42,738 nt of DNA from Cyanophora paradoxa CCMP329 (taxonomy: Eukaryota; Plantae; Glaucophyta): positions 1 to 42,738 of the forward strand of contig QPMI01000341.1 in NCBI GenBank assembly GCA_004431415.1. Direction: 5' to 3'. Shown here in pieces: positions 33,322 to 42,738 of this stretch. The translations under genes and the position numbers were made by a program. The notes below the pieces were generated by a model, which was not told the origin of the DNA, did no database searches, and saw only the letters and a list, made by a program, of their open reading frames with translations. Within the stretch, counting starts at the first letter, position 1. Each line of letters opens with the position of its first letter.

Positions 33322-34449
33322 TCAGTCGTCGTCCTCGGCGATCTCCTCGCCGTCGGCGTCGCCGCCCTCGCCGGGCTCGCGGAAGCTCTCGATGGACGAG
33401 TCCGCGCTGCTCCACATGCACACCGGCACTAGCCGGAACTCCGACATCTTCACCCCGAACGTTTTCTGTGGCGGCGTGAGGGCAGGGGGCCGAGGCGGAG
33501 GGCCGGCGCCGCGCACCAGGAGCTTGGCCTGCTCGGGGTTCAACGCCTGGCCCTTCGTGCAGACGGTGTAGTCGCCCAGCAGTTGGATCACGCCTGCGCG
33601 GCCGGTTGGGCGCAGCGAGGGCTTGGGGCGCGGCGCGGCGCGGACCGTTCTTGAGGAGCGTGGGCATGCCGAGCTTCCTGAGGTAGGGCTCGAGGGACCC
33701 CGGCTGGTTCTCCAGCGGCCCCTCGTTGAACACGACGTCTTCCGTCGCCACGAAGCCCGCCCGCGCGAAGTCCTCGTCCTTGTACTCCTCTGTGAACCTA
33801 GCTCGGCGGCGTCAAGCGCTGGGGCGGGCGAGGCGCCGGCGGTTGCTCCCAGGCCCCGGCCCCGCATTGTGCGCACTTCAGGACCTCCTCCTTCGACATA
33901 TTCGTGAAGAACAGCCCGCACTGTCCCGTGACCCGCTGCCGCGAACGTCAGCGGCGAGCTCGAGCTCTGGGCCCGGGGGGCGCGAACCTTGCCAAGCTCG
34001 CTCAGCCCTGTCCTTTGCTCGTCCTCCTCAGATTTGCCCAGCGCCAGCTGCATGACCTTGTTCTTGCCGAGGAAGAACCTGCGCCCGCCGACGGCGCGAG
34101 CGTACGCGCTTAGCGCTGCCGATCGGAGCCGCGGGGCACGCAGCGCTGCGTACCTGCTAGGTTTCAACCGGTCTCGGACCTCCTTGAGCTTTGCGTTGCG
34201 CATGTTCTCGAACGAGAAGACCCATATGTTGGAGAACTCCTCTATGCAGGCGCGGATGCGCTCGACGAGATCCTCTTTCCTCTCGCGTCCCTTCTTCTCA
34301 GTCTGTGTGAGCGAGACTGCGCCAGCGGTGCAGCGCGCTCTGGTTAGCGCTTCAATCGCTTGGAGGCCGATCGCGACCCGCCCGCGCCGTGGCCCGATGA
34401 ATCGCGCCCGCGCATGCGCACCTTTCAGATTGCGCCTGGACTTCGGCAT
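33322..34449 (-). CDS. MRT4: Ribosome assembly factor Mrt4
   Basis: MPKSRRNLK|VSLTQTEKKG, FENMRNAKLK, RFFLGKNKVMQLALG, GQCGLFFTN, SLEPYLRKLGMPT, YTVCTKGQALNPEQAKLL. Confidence 0.97.
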   Translation of the reverse strand: MPKSRRNLKGAHARARFIGPRRGRVAIGLQAIEALTRARCTAGAVSLTQTEKKGRERKEDLVERIRACIEEFSNIWVFSFENMRNAKLKEVRDRLKPSRYAALRAPRLRSAALSAYARAVGGRRFFLGKNKVMQLALGKSEEDEQRTGLSELGKVRAPRAQSSSSPLTFAAAGHGTVRAVLHEYVEGGGPEVRTMRGRGLGATAGASPAPALDAAELGSQRSTRTRTSRGRASWRRKTSCSTRGRWRTSRGPSSPTSGSSACPRSSRTVRAAPRPKPSLRPTGRAGVIQLLGDYTVCTKGQALNPEQAKLLVRGAGPPPRPPALTPPQKTFGVKMSEFRLVPVCMWSSADSSIESFREPGEGGDADGEEIAEDDD

Positions 34450-35415
34450 CGCGCCGCTTGATCTAGACCTGGTTGCTGTCTGCGGGGGGGGTATGTGCGC
34501 CGATGCACCAGCGGGCCGGGGGATCGCGGATCATCGGATTAATCGGCCTTGGGGAAAGGAGAGGCCCTTAGGTCTGTGCCTATCTTGTGTCAAACTTCAA
34601 CTTGATTTTATAGACAAAATTTTTGGACCTAGGTACCCATTTTCGACCCTAGGGAGCACGATGGCGGCGCTACTTTTCAAATGTGACACCTCTAACAAGC
34701 ACTAACAGCACGTACGAACGAAATTGTTCGCGTGAAGCCCGATCGCCATTGGCCAAAAAGCTCAATCGCCCCATTCACGGACAAGCGCAAATATCATTGG
34801 CTTCCAGCTTGCTTCCCCTTCGCCGATGGAAATTGCAAAAAGCCTCTGTACCCGGCTGGTAGGCTGGAGTCACCGCGGCCGTGCACGTGACCGAGCCGCG
34901 CGCGTCACGCGTCGCTTCGCTCAGCTCAGAGTCACTGCAGCTGATATCGATATACGCGTACGATCGACTCGGTACGAGACCGCCACGCGCGCGGCGCGCG
35001 CGGCGTGGCGCAGTGGCGCACCGTGGCGCCGGCACGAATCGCTGGCGCTAGCTAGACCAAGCTACTAGGCTAGAAGCTACTAGGCTACTAGGCGGCGTAC
35101 AGCCGCGTACTACGGTAGTCCTCTCCGGGCTCAACAGCTGCAGCAGTAAATATATATACTAGTAATAACCGCGCGCGGTTGCGGGCCCCCGTACGCGTTC
35201 TAAAAACAAAGAGCGGCCACCCTCACGCCTTGAGTCCCCAAGACCCAAGGCCACTCCTGCTCCGCAGGGACTCGCTTGTTGTCGACGTCGGATATCGATC
35301 GGATTGTCGGATCGCTGAATCGACTAGCGCTCAGACTCCGGATTCAATTGTGCTCTTCCGATTTCTTCTTCTTCCTCTCTGATGACCACGGCACGCGCCA
35401 AGCCCCTCCTAAAAC

Positions 35416-35595
35416 TCGGACAATCACCAAAAGCGAGTGGAGTGACGTCGGCTGTGGAACACTCACAGGAACAAAAGGGCAGGCGCTCTGAGGGGGCGGA
35501 TTCGGAATCGGACAATCACTAAAACTGGAGTGACGTCGGCTGTGGAACACTCACAGGAACAAAAGGGCAGGCGCTCTGAGGGGGCGGATTCGGAA
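35416..35595. repeat. Tandem duplication, two ~90-bp units (35416-35507, 35508-35595)
   Basis: tggagtgacgtcggctgtggaacactcacaggaacaaaagggcaggcgctctgagggggcggattcggaa occurs twice, downstream of Rab23. Confidence 0.93.
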
Positions 35596-35693
35596 AGGAT
35601 GGTGCGTCGGAAAAGCGGTGGATTGATAAGGGGGATTCGGCGGAAAATGCGGTTGGAAGCGAGCGGGAAAGAGTTGAAGGGCGAAAGGCCGGA

Positions 35694-37068
35694 TCACAGG
35701 ATGGTGCAATCCATAAGCTTCTTTTTCTTCTTTCCCTTGGTTCGCTGTATCGATGGCCGCTCGAGGCGGAAGGGCGCGTCGGGGTCGTGCGGCTTGGGCG
35801 CCCGTGGCTGCGCTGCCTGCGCCTGCAGCTGCGCTACCTGCTGCAGCGCCGCTGCCTGCGCCGGCGTGGGCGTCGCCGACTGCGGCGCGCTAGAGAGCAT
35901 CGCCGGGGCAGGAGGCGCGATCCCCTGCGCCTGCGCTGACGCCGCAGCTGCTGCTTGCCTGGCCGCCCCTGCTGCGCTTGCCTCCGCTTGCGATGCTGCT
36001 GCTGCTGCCGCCGCCGCGGCCCCGTTTGCGGTCGGAAGGGAGGGCGCTGCCGCGGCAGCGGTCGGAAGCTTGCCTGCCGGAACGCGTTTGTGTTTGGCAG
36101 CAGACAAAAGGGGAATGGACCTGGACCTACCAATCTGGGGCTGCTGCTTGGGGGGTGCAGCGGCTTCGATGGCGGCACCCTGGTTCTTCCGCGTGATGAA
36201 CTGCGTTGCCAAGTACTCGAAAACTGCATCGATTGTCATTTCGGCTCCACGACGCAGCAGAGCGGAGGCGCACCTTCTGTTACGTTCAGATTCTCCTTCA
36301 CGCACATACGGTAGAACCGCATGTTCAGCTTGCGTGCCGTCTCCTCTGCCTCTTCCCTGCGAACGCGCGGAGGTCAGCAAACACGTGTAGGCACCGCATC
36401 GGCACGCGCACTTGGTGACCACGGCCTGGTCGAGGAGGTCCACCTTGTTCTGCACAAGCGCCATCGCTATCGGTCCGCACTCAGCCTCAACCTTGCGCTT
36501 CCAGTTCTCCACAGCCTCGAAGGACTCCCGGTCCGTCGTGGAGAACGCAATGACACAAGCGCCGGCGCCTGAGTTAAAAGAGATCCAATGAGAAGAAGCT
36601 CGGGGTATAGGCGTGGCGGAGCGCGGCGGGCTAAGGGCTGCAAGGGTTAGAATTGATCCACCTCGATAGTAGGTTCGAGTAATTGCATCGAACTCCTCCT
36701 GGCCGGCTGTATCCCAGAGCATCATCTTTACGGTCTCGCCGAGCGCTGGTATGTAGTGTTCCTTCTCCAGGAAGTCTACTCCGATGGTCTTCTTGTATCC
36801 ATCGGTCCACTCGCCCTTCCCGAAGCGCTTGATCATAGAGGTCTTGCCGATGCCTGCGGAAAGTGCGCCACTGAGCAGCTTGCACCATACAGCGCAAAGG
36901 GCACCCGCTAGCTCCGTGCCGCACCTCCATTGCCAACAACGATGACCTTGACGGCCGCTGCGAAAAGAAGCATGTCAGAACGCATCTAGCAACACCGGCA
37001 CCCGCACTGGGGCCGCGGCGCCCCACTGCACAGCGAGCCGACGCACTCTCAAAGTCCTCCTCGTACAT
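35694..37068 (-). CDS. RAB23: Rab23 small GTPase
   Basis: MYEEDFE, KVIVVGNG|GIGKTSMIKRF, YKKTIGVDFLEK, LWDTAGQEEFDAITRTYYRGA, FSTTDRESF, VQNKVDL; polybasic plus CTIL prenylation end. Confidence 0.96.
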
Positions 37069-37218
37069 CCTGAGCCCGCAGCGCCCAGCTGCTGCGACTA
37101 TACGCTGATCGCGCTTCTACGTTCCGTTCGATTTCCGCTGCGGCGAGCGACCTGCTCTTCCGTTGCTTCCTTTCCCTGGGTACGAGTGCGGAGTCGATCG
37201 AGCTCGAAGACCTGCCCA

Positions 37219-40164
37219 ATGGCGGCCTTCGCGGTTCCCGTGTTCGGGGGAGCCGGCAGCGAGACGAGCGGCCTGTGCTCCCTCCGGTGCAGTCTGTGCA
37301 AGCGCGCCGGCCACCGTCGCTTCGACAGTCGTCCTGATCCGTCGATCGGCGTCCGGTTCGTGTCGGACGAGTGCTTGCGTTCTTCGGCGGTCTTTGCCGC
37401 GCCCGCGGCGAGGTCGTTTGGTCGGAGGACCAGAGCGGTCTCCGCTGGTCAAGCGGGTCCTCGCTCCGGCCTGTCCGTTCTTGCAAGTATGCAGGGCTCG
37501 GAGGACGCACCCAACCAGGCCGATCGGCCCGGCGTCGAAGACGGCGCAACGCGCGGGCCGAATCCCGCCAACGCTATCCAGCCCGGCGCGGATCAACGTG
37601 ACGCAGGCCGAAAGGTTTCTAAAGAAGCTTCAGCGGGTGGCGGCGGCAACAGCGGAGGTGCCGGTGGCGGCTCGGGCGGCGGGAAGGGCGACGGGAACCA
37701 CGATGACGACGAGTGGCTGCGATCACTCTTCAACGTGGCGCGTGAGCAGGCGAGCGGGGTAGCGTCAGCGTCGGATGCGGCGCTCCCGCAGATCGCGGAG
37801 CTGCACTGGCTCCTGCGGCCGCTGCTCCGCGTGCCGATGGCCGCCGCGCTGCTCGTCGACCGCGTCTCGGAGGACCGCTACTTCCTCTACAAGCTCGCCG
37901 TCCAGGCGCGCCCCCCGCGCCGCCCCGTGGTCTCACCGGCCCCGCTGACACCGCCGGCGCAGCTGGCGACGGGCATCCTGATCCGGATGGGGGCGGAGAA
38001 GGGGCGGCGGCAGGACCAGTTCCGGAACGAATGGGAGGCGGCTTTCGCGCGCATCTTCGTCACGGGCGTCATCACCGACTTCCTCCTCGTGCGCCCGGCC
38101 GCCGGCGCCGCCCCCGCTGCGCCCCCCGCCCCGCCCGGCCCAGCCGACGCCCCCCGCAGGTCTGGCTGCTCGCCCCCGCCGTCATGAGCTCGATGGACGT
38201 CGTGCCCCCGGCCACCGGCGGCGGCCAGCCCCGCGCCCCCAAACCTCTCGCCTCCATGCCCCGCCCCCCTAGCCCGAGGGAGCTGGCGAGCATGATCCGG
38301 CGGCCGGCGAGCCCCGGGCAGGCGACGGCGGCGGCGGCGGCGAGCGCGGAGCAGACGTGGCAGCAGTTCCAGGCGTACGCGCGGACGCTGCCGGCGCACG
38401 TCTTCCAGCGGGCGGTGACGGTGGCGGGCCCGTCGGGGGTGACGCGCGTGCCGATCACGGAGTCGGCGCGGGTCGGGTGCTACCTGTACCGGGCGATGCA
38501 GCTCGCCGTGGGCGGCGCGGCGGCCTCCCTCGCCGGCACCGCCGTCACCCTCGCCCTCGTCTCCCTCACCCGCTTCCGCCGCTTCGCCTGGCGCCTCCTC
38601 GGCGCCCGCGGCGCCGTCCGCGGCGGCAACCGGGCCACCATGCGCGCCCCGCCCCGCCCCCCCTGCCCGCCCCGGCGCCCCGCCCTGACGCGGCGCAGGG
38701 CGAACTGGATGCGGCGGGCGCTGGTGCAGGGCTGGGTGCTGGCCGGCTCGTGCCACCTGCGCCAGCAGCTGCTGGCGGGGGCCGAGCGGCTGATCGTGGA
38801 CGAGCGGCTGCCGTGGCCGTGGGTGGAGCGGGTGCGGGGCTGGGGCCTGCAGCGCTGGGGCCCGAGCTGGGGCGGCGAGGGCGTCCTCCTCGCCCTCATG
38901 GCCGTCCGCGTCGTCAACTGCGTCTTCGACGAGGCCCGCCCGCCCCGCCCCGCCCGCCCCTGCCCCGCCCCCGCGCTGAGAGGCGGGGCAGAACCGCTGG
39001 TTCGACTACATGCGGGGGACGGGGGTGGAGGAGGCGAAGCGGACGGGCGGCTCGGTGATCTCGCAGGTGATCGAAGAGTACGGGGACGTGCCGGGCCCCT
39101 TCGCCCAGGTCCTCCTCCCCCTCGCCCGCCTCCCCGGCGCCCACGACGACGACGAGGAGGGCGACGCCAGCTACGACGCCCGCGAGGCCCGCCCCGCCCC
39201 GCCCGCCCCGCACCCCGCGCCCCCGAACCCGCCCCCGCCCGCAGATCCAGGTCCTCCCGCAGCCGCAGACGCCGGCCCCGCTCCCCACGCCGGGCGGCCC
39301 CGTGCCCATCCCTCAGCCCATCGCCCCCGGCGTCTTCACCTACCAGGTCCCCTCCGGCGCCCGCCCCGGTGCTCCGCCGGGCCCCGCCCCGCCCGGGCCC
39401 GGGCCCCGCCCGGCCCAAGCCCGCCCTGGGGCAGCCGGCACCGCCCCGGCCGGCCAGGCCCCGCTCTCCCGAACGCCCGTGCCGCCGCCGCCGCCGCCGG
39501 CGCCCATCCCAAGATCGAGACGCCGCCCCCACCCCGCCCGCATCCCGGCCTCGGTCGCCGACAAGCCACCGCCCCTCCTGCCGCTCCTCCGGCGCCCGCC
39601 CCGCCCCCGCCCCGCCCCGCCCCGCCGCCGGCCCCGCTCCTGCCCCGGCCGCTGCCCCAGCCGCCCCCGCTGCCCCGCGGCCCGCTGCCCCGGCCGCTCC
39701 CGCCCCTTCCAAGCCAGCGACGCCCCCGCCGCGGCGCCTCCTCGACCCCGGCCGCCGCCGCCGCCCCAGCCCCGGCCGCTGCGCAGCGGCCCGTCAGCAC
39801 GCCAGGGAAGCCCCCGTGGGAGCCCCCGCCCGCCTGCCCCGGGCCAGGCCGCCCCGCCAAGGCCGCCCGCGCCGCGGCCCGCCGCGCCCTCGGCCGCTGC
39901 GCCTCGCCCGCCCGCCGCAGCACCGGCACGCCCCGCTCCAGCCCCCGCGGCACCTCGGCCCGGGCCCCCGCCGCCGCCGCGCCGCGGCCTCCGGCCCCTC
40001 GACCCGCCGCACCTGCTCCCGCGGCACCCAGGCCAGCCGCCCCGCCGCCCAGGGCCCCTGCTCCGGCCCCGGCCCCCGGCCCCGCGGCTGCGCCCAAGCC
40101 TGCAACCCCGCGGCCAGCTGCCCCTGCCTCCGCCCCGGCCGCCGCAGGCGCCCGGCGGCAATGA
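37219..40164 (+). CDS. RETICULATA-related (DUF3411) plastid envelope protein with long Pro/Ala-rich tail
   Basis: MAAF- presequence, Gly-rich linker, DRVSEDRYFLYKL, AEKGRRQDQFRNEWE, DFLL|VWLLAP, LPAHVFQ, LRQQLLAGAE, AVRVVN. Tail frame uncertain. Confidence 0.85.
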
Positions 40165-40779
40165 TAGAGTTCGGCGCGCTTGGCTTTGCTAGTGGAAAGG
40201 ATCAGTAATAGCATACGTTGCGTTGAGTGCATTTTGACGAAACACGCGATGCGTGGCCGCGGCGCGCGCGCGCTTGACTTCAATGCCAATAATTCACTAC
40301 CCGTCCTGGGCGGACTTGTCGCAAGCTCTCGCCGGCGCCAGACTCGGACTTGCGATTGCCCGCGACATTAGCAACTTGCACTGCGCTCCAATATCGTAGC
40401 ATCTGGCCCGCCAGCCATCCGACGCATTGAAGTGCTTCACACGGAACCGCGGGCCAGGTGGCCTGGCAGACTATGGGGGATCAGCATGCTTTCTTCGTGA
40501 AAGGTTCGCGCGCCTCGATCTATGGCGATTCATGATAGCTGACCGGCTGAAACGGCACTCTCGAATTCCGAACGTAACATCGAGCAGTCCTCGAGGCGAA
40601 GGGTCTGAAACTCAGCAAGCACATATTGACATCGCCGCAAGCGTACATAAATGTGAGGCTGGTTAAGAAGACGGCGCACACGGATCAGCGGGGCCGCCGC
40701 GGCAGCCACATGCTGAACGCGGAAGACGTGCATACTTCCCAGACTCTCAAGCCTCGCCAACGCCTCACTCTTCCCGCAG

Positions 40780-41488
40780 GTCATTAAGCCCTCGGTGAGC
40801 GCTAGCCAGGGCCGCCGAGCAGCCCGGCGCGGCCGCACAGACGTGAAGCTGACCCGGTGCATCGCAGAAGCTGGACAGCTCTCCTTACGTCAAAGTTTCC
40901 AGCGGGTGCGGTGGGCTCGCGCTGGGCTCGGGGCGCGTGCTGGGGAGGCCCAGGTTCTGACGCGGCGCAGGGCAGCGTCCTTCGGTGGCGCGCCCGGTCC
41001 CCGCCCTGCAGTCGGGGGCCGCTCTGAGAGCGCTGGCAGGGCACGTCTTCAGCTGGCCGTACGACGTCGTGACGGCCGGCCGCGGCTGCCTCCTCGTCCT
41101 GAAGCTCAAGGCGCGCCCCGCGCCGCTGCCGCGGTCCGGTGGGGGAGGGCCGGCGGGGGCGCGGGCGGGCTGAGGGCGGGGCGGGGCGGGGGCGCAGGAG
41201 AAGACGCTGCTGGCGGACGAAGAGTTCGCGCGGCTCGTGGTGGACGTGGACCTGCTGCTCGCCGCGGGGCCGCGCAGCGCGTGGTACCCCCTGGAGCCCA
41301 AGCTCGGGGGCGAGGCGGCCGACAACGGCGAGCTCCTCCTCGAGTCCGGCGTCGCCCACCCCCCGGTGCCCCTCGGGCCCTCCCCGCCACGCCCCGCCCC
41401 GCCCCGCCCCGCCACTGGGCCTCGACCCGTTTCGCGGCCAACCGCCGGCCCCCGGCATTCCCCGCCCCCGCAGACGACGGCCACGTGA
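40780..41488 (+). CDS. Small divergent C2-domain-like protein (5' end not resolved)
   Basis: Spliced LLVLKLK|EKTLLADEEFARLVVDVDLLLAAGPRSAWYPLEPK...GELLLE resembles the C-terminal half of a C2 domain. Confidence 0.5.
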
Positions 41489-41750
41489 CAGGGGGCGACT
41501 GCGGCATCGATAAGTACACGGGGCGGGCAGACGGGGCGGCGGTGGCGCCGCCGATCTGTCGGGCGCCTGCTCGGCGGCTGTACACGGGCGACGCCCCTCG
41601 CGCTGTACACGGGGCCTGCGTATCTACAGCACTCTACCGGCTGCTACATCGTAGTGTACACACAGGAACAGGATAGTTGAGAGAGACGAAAGAAAGCTCA
41701 TTATAATGAAGAAATGAGACAGGAGAAAGTTGATGAAAGAAAAAGCCGGC

Positions 41751-42738
41751 TCAGAGGGCGCCAGGAAGCCGCTCGAGGGCGACGGCGGCGGCGCGGGCTG
41801 AGCGGGCGAGCTCGGCGGCGGCGGCGGCGGCGGCGGGGGTCGCGCCGGCGAGGAGGGAGCAGAGCAGGCGGGTGCGCGCGAGCTCGGCGGCGCAGGCGCG
41901 GGCGGCCAGCCTGAGCGCTGCGGTGCACGCCACGAGGCCCGACAGGCGCGCCGCCAGCTCCGCGGGGGCGGCCCCGCGGCGGGCACCGGCCGCCCAAGGA
42001 GCCAGTCGCTGGCGGAGAGGAGCGGCTTGCGCGCCTCGGCGGCCCGCGTGAAGCGCGCGATCGACGCGTCCAGCGCCGCCCGCAGCCGCCGCTGCGACCG
42101 CCACGCCGCCCGGTGCGCGGCGCGCGCCCCGCTCGCCTCCGCCAGCAGCGCCCAGCGCGCCGCCGCCGCCGGCTCGCTACCGGCGGCGGTCGCCGTCGCG
42201 GCGGCGGCGGCGTAAGCGGTGGCGTGCTCGGCGAAGGGGCAGGGAAGGGCGCCGGGCGGGACGTCGACCGGGATGCCGGCGCCCGGGGCCGCCGCCTCGG
42301 GCTCCAGCGGCTCCCACTCGTCGGGCTCGGGCCCGGCGAGGGCGCCCCCGGGGGTGCCCGCCCGGCTCTCCAGCTCGGAGGGGCGAGCAGGGGGCGGGGC
42401 GGGGAAGAGGGCCCAGGCGGAGAGGGCGGCGGCCTCGGCGGCGGCGCGGCGGGCGCGGGCGGCGGCGAGGGCGCGGGAGAGGCGGCGGAAGAGGTGGGCG
42501 TGGCGGTCGAGGCCGCTGTCGGCGCGCACGTACTCGCGCCACGCCACCTCCTCCACCAGCCGCACCTGCTGCGCCGCCGTCCCCTCCTGCTGCCGCGTCC
42601 GCCCTGCCCGCCCCGCCACCCCGCTCACCGACCGCGCAGGCGGCGGTGCCGGCGGCGCGGCCGCACCGGAAGAGGCGCGGAGGTGCCGCGCGAGGGCGGC
42701 GTAGGCGGCCGCGAAGCTTCGCTGCGCCGCCTGCAGGC
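41751..42738 (-). CDS. 3' part of hypothetical Ala/Arg-rich helical protein running off the window
   Basis: Protein-like VRLVEEVAWREYVRADSGLDRHAHLFRRL and LSGLVACTAALRLAARACAAEL...LPGAL-stop; intron signals near 42570-42640. Confidence 0.45.

Noticed and set aside
34560-34710. AT-rich segment upstream of MRT4 as a MITE
   Set aside because: No convincing TIR pair; more simply a promoter region.
11889-41197. Introner-type mobile introns
   Set aside because: Introns share only low-complexity G/C runs and splice signals, not alignable unique sequence, apart from the local tandem array.

Overview
Very GC-rich, gene-dense eukaryotic nuclear DNA with many short (~50-90 bp) spliceosomal introns, so most long ORFs in the supplied track are shadow or readthrough artefacts. 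About 15 spliced genes can be reconstructed by eye: TraB-family protein, SAM-carrier-like SLC25 protein, membrane class III adenylate cyclase, secreted/GPI-type surface protein, two metal-dependent amidohydrolases, a Pro-rich tandem-C2/OCRE-like protein, eIF6, LRRC56, MRT4, Rab23, RETICULATA-related (DUF3411), a second C2-like protein and hypotheticals. There are also two identical tRNA-Leu(CAG) genes inside a 434-bp inverted duplication, a probable TA-flanked MITE and a tandem exon array. Four N-terminal extensions with an early Phe, together with ciliary genes, suggest a flagellated archaeplastid such as a glaucophyte (inference). The most unusual signals are (i) alternating G-rich/C-rich blocks that dictate synonymous codon choice inside single exons, (ii) very frequent GC-AG introns lacking polypyrimidine tracts, (iii) a C2-C2-OCRE-like protein carrying its own SmB-like Pro motifs, and (iv) the tRNA/carrier inverted duplication. 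Coordinates, splice models and counts are manual; family calls come from motif recall, not searches.
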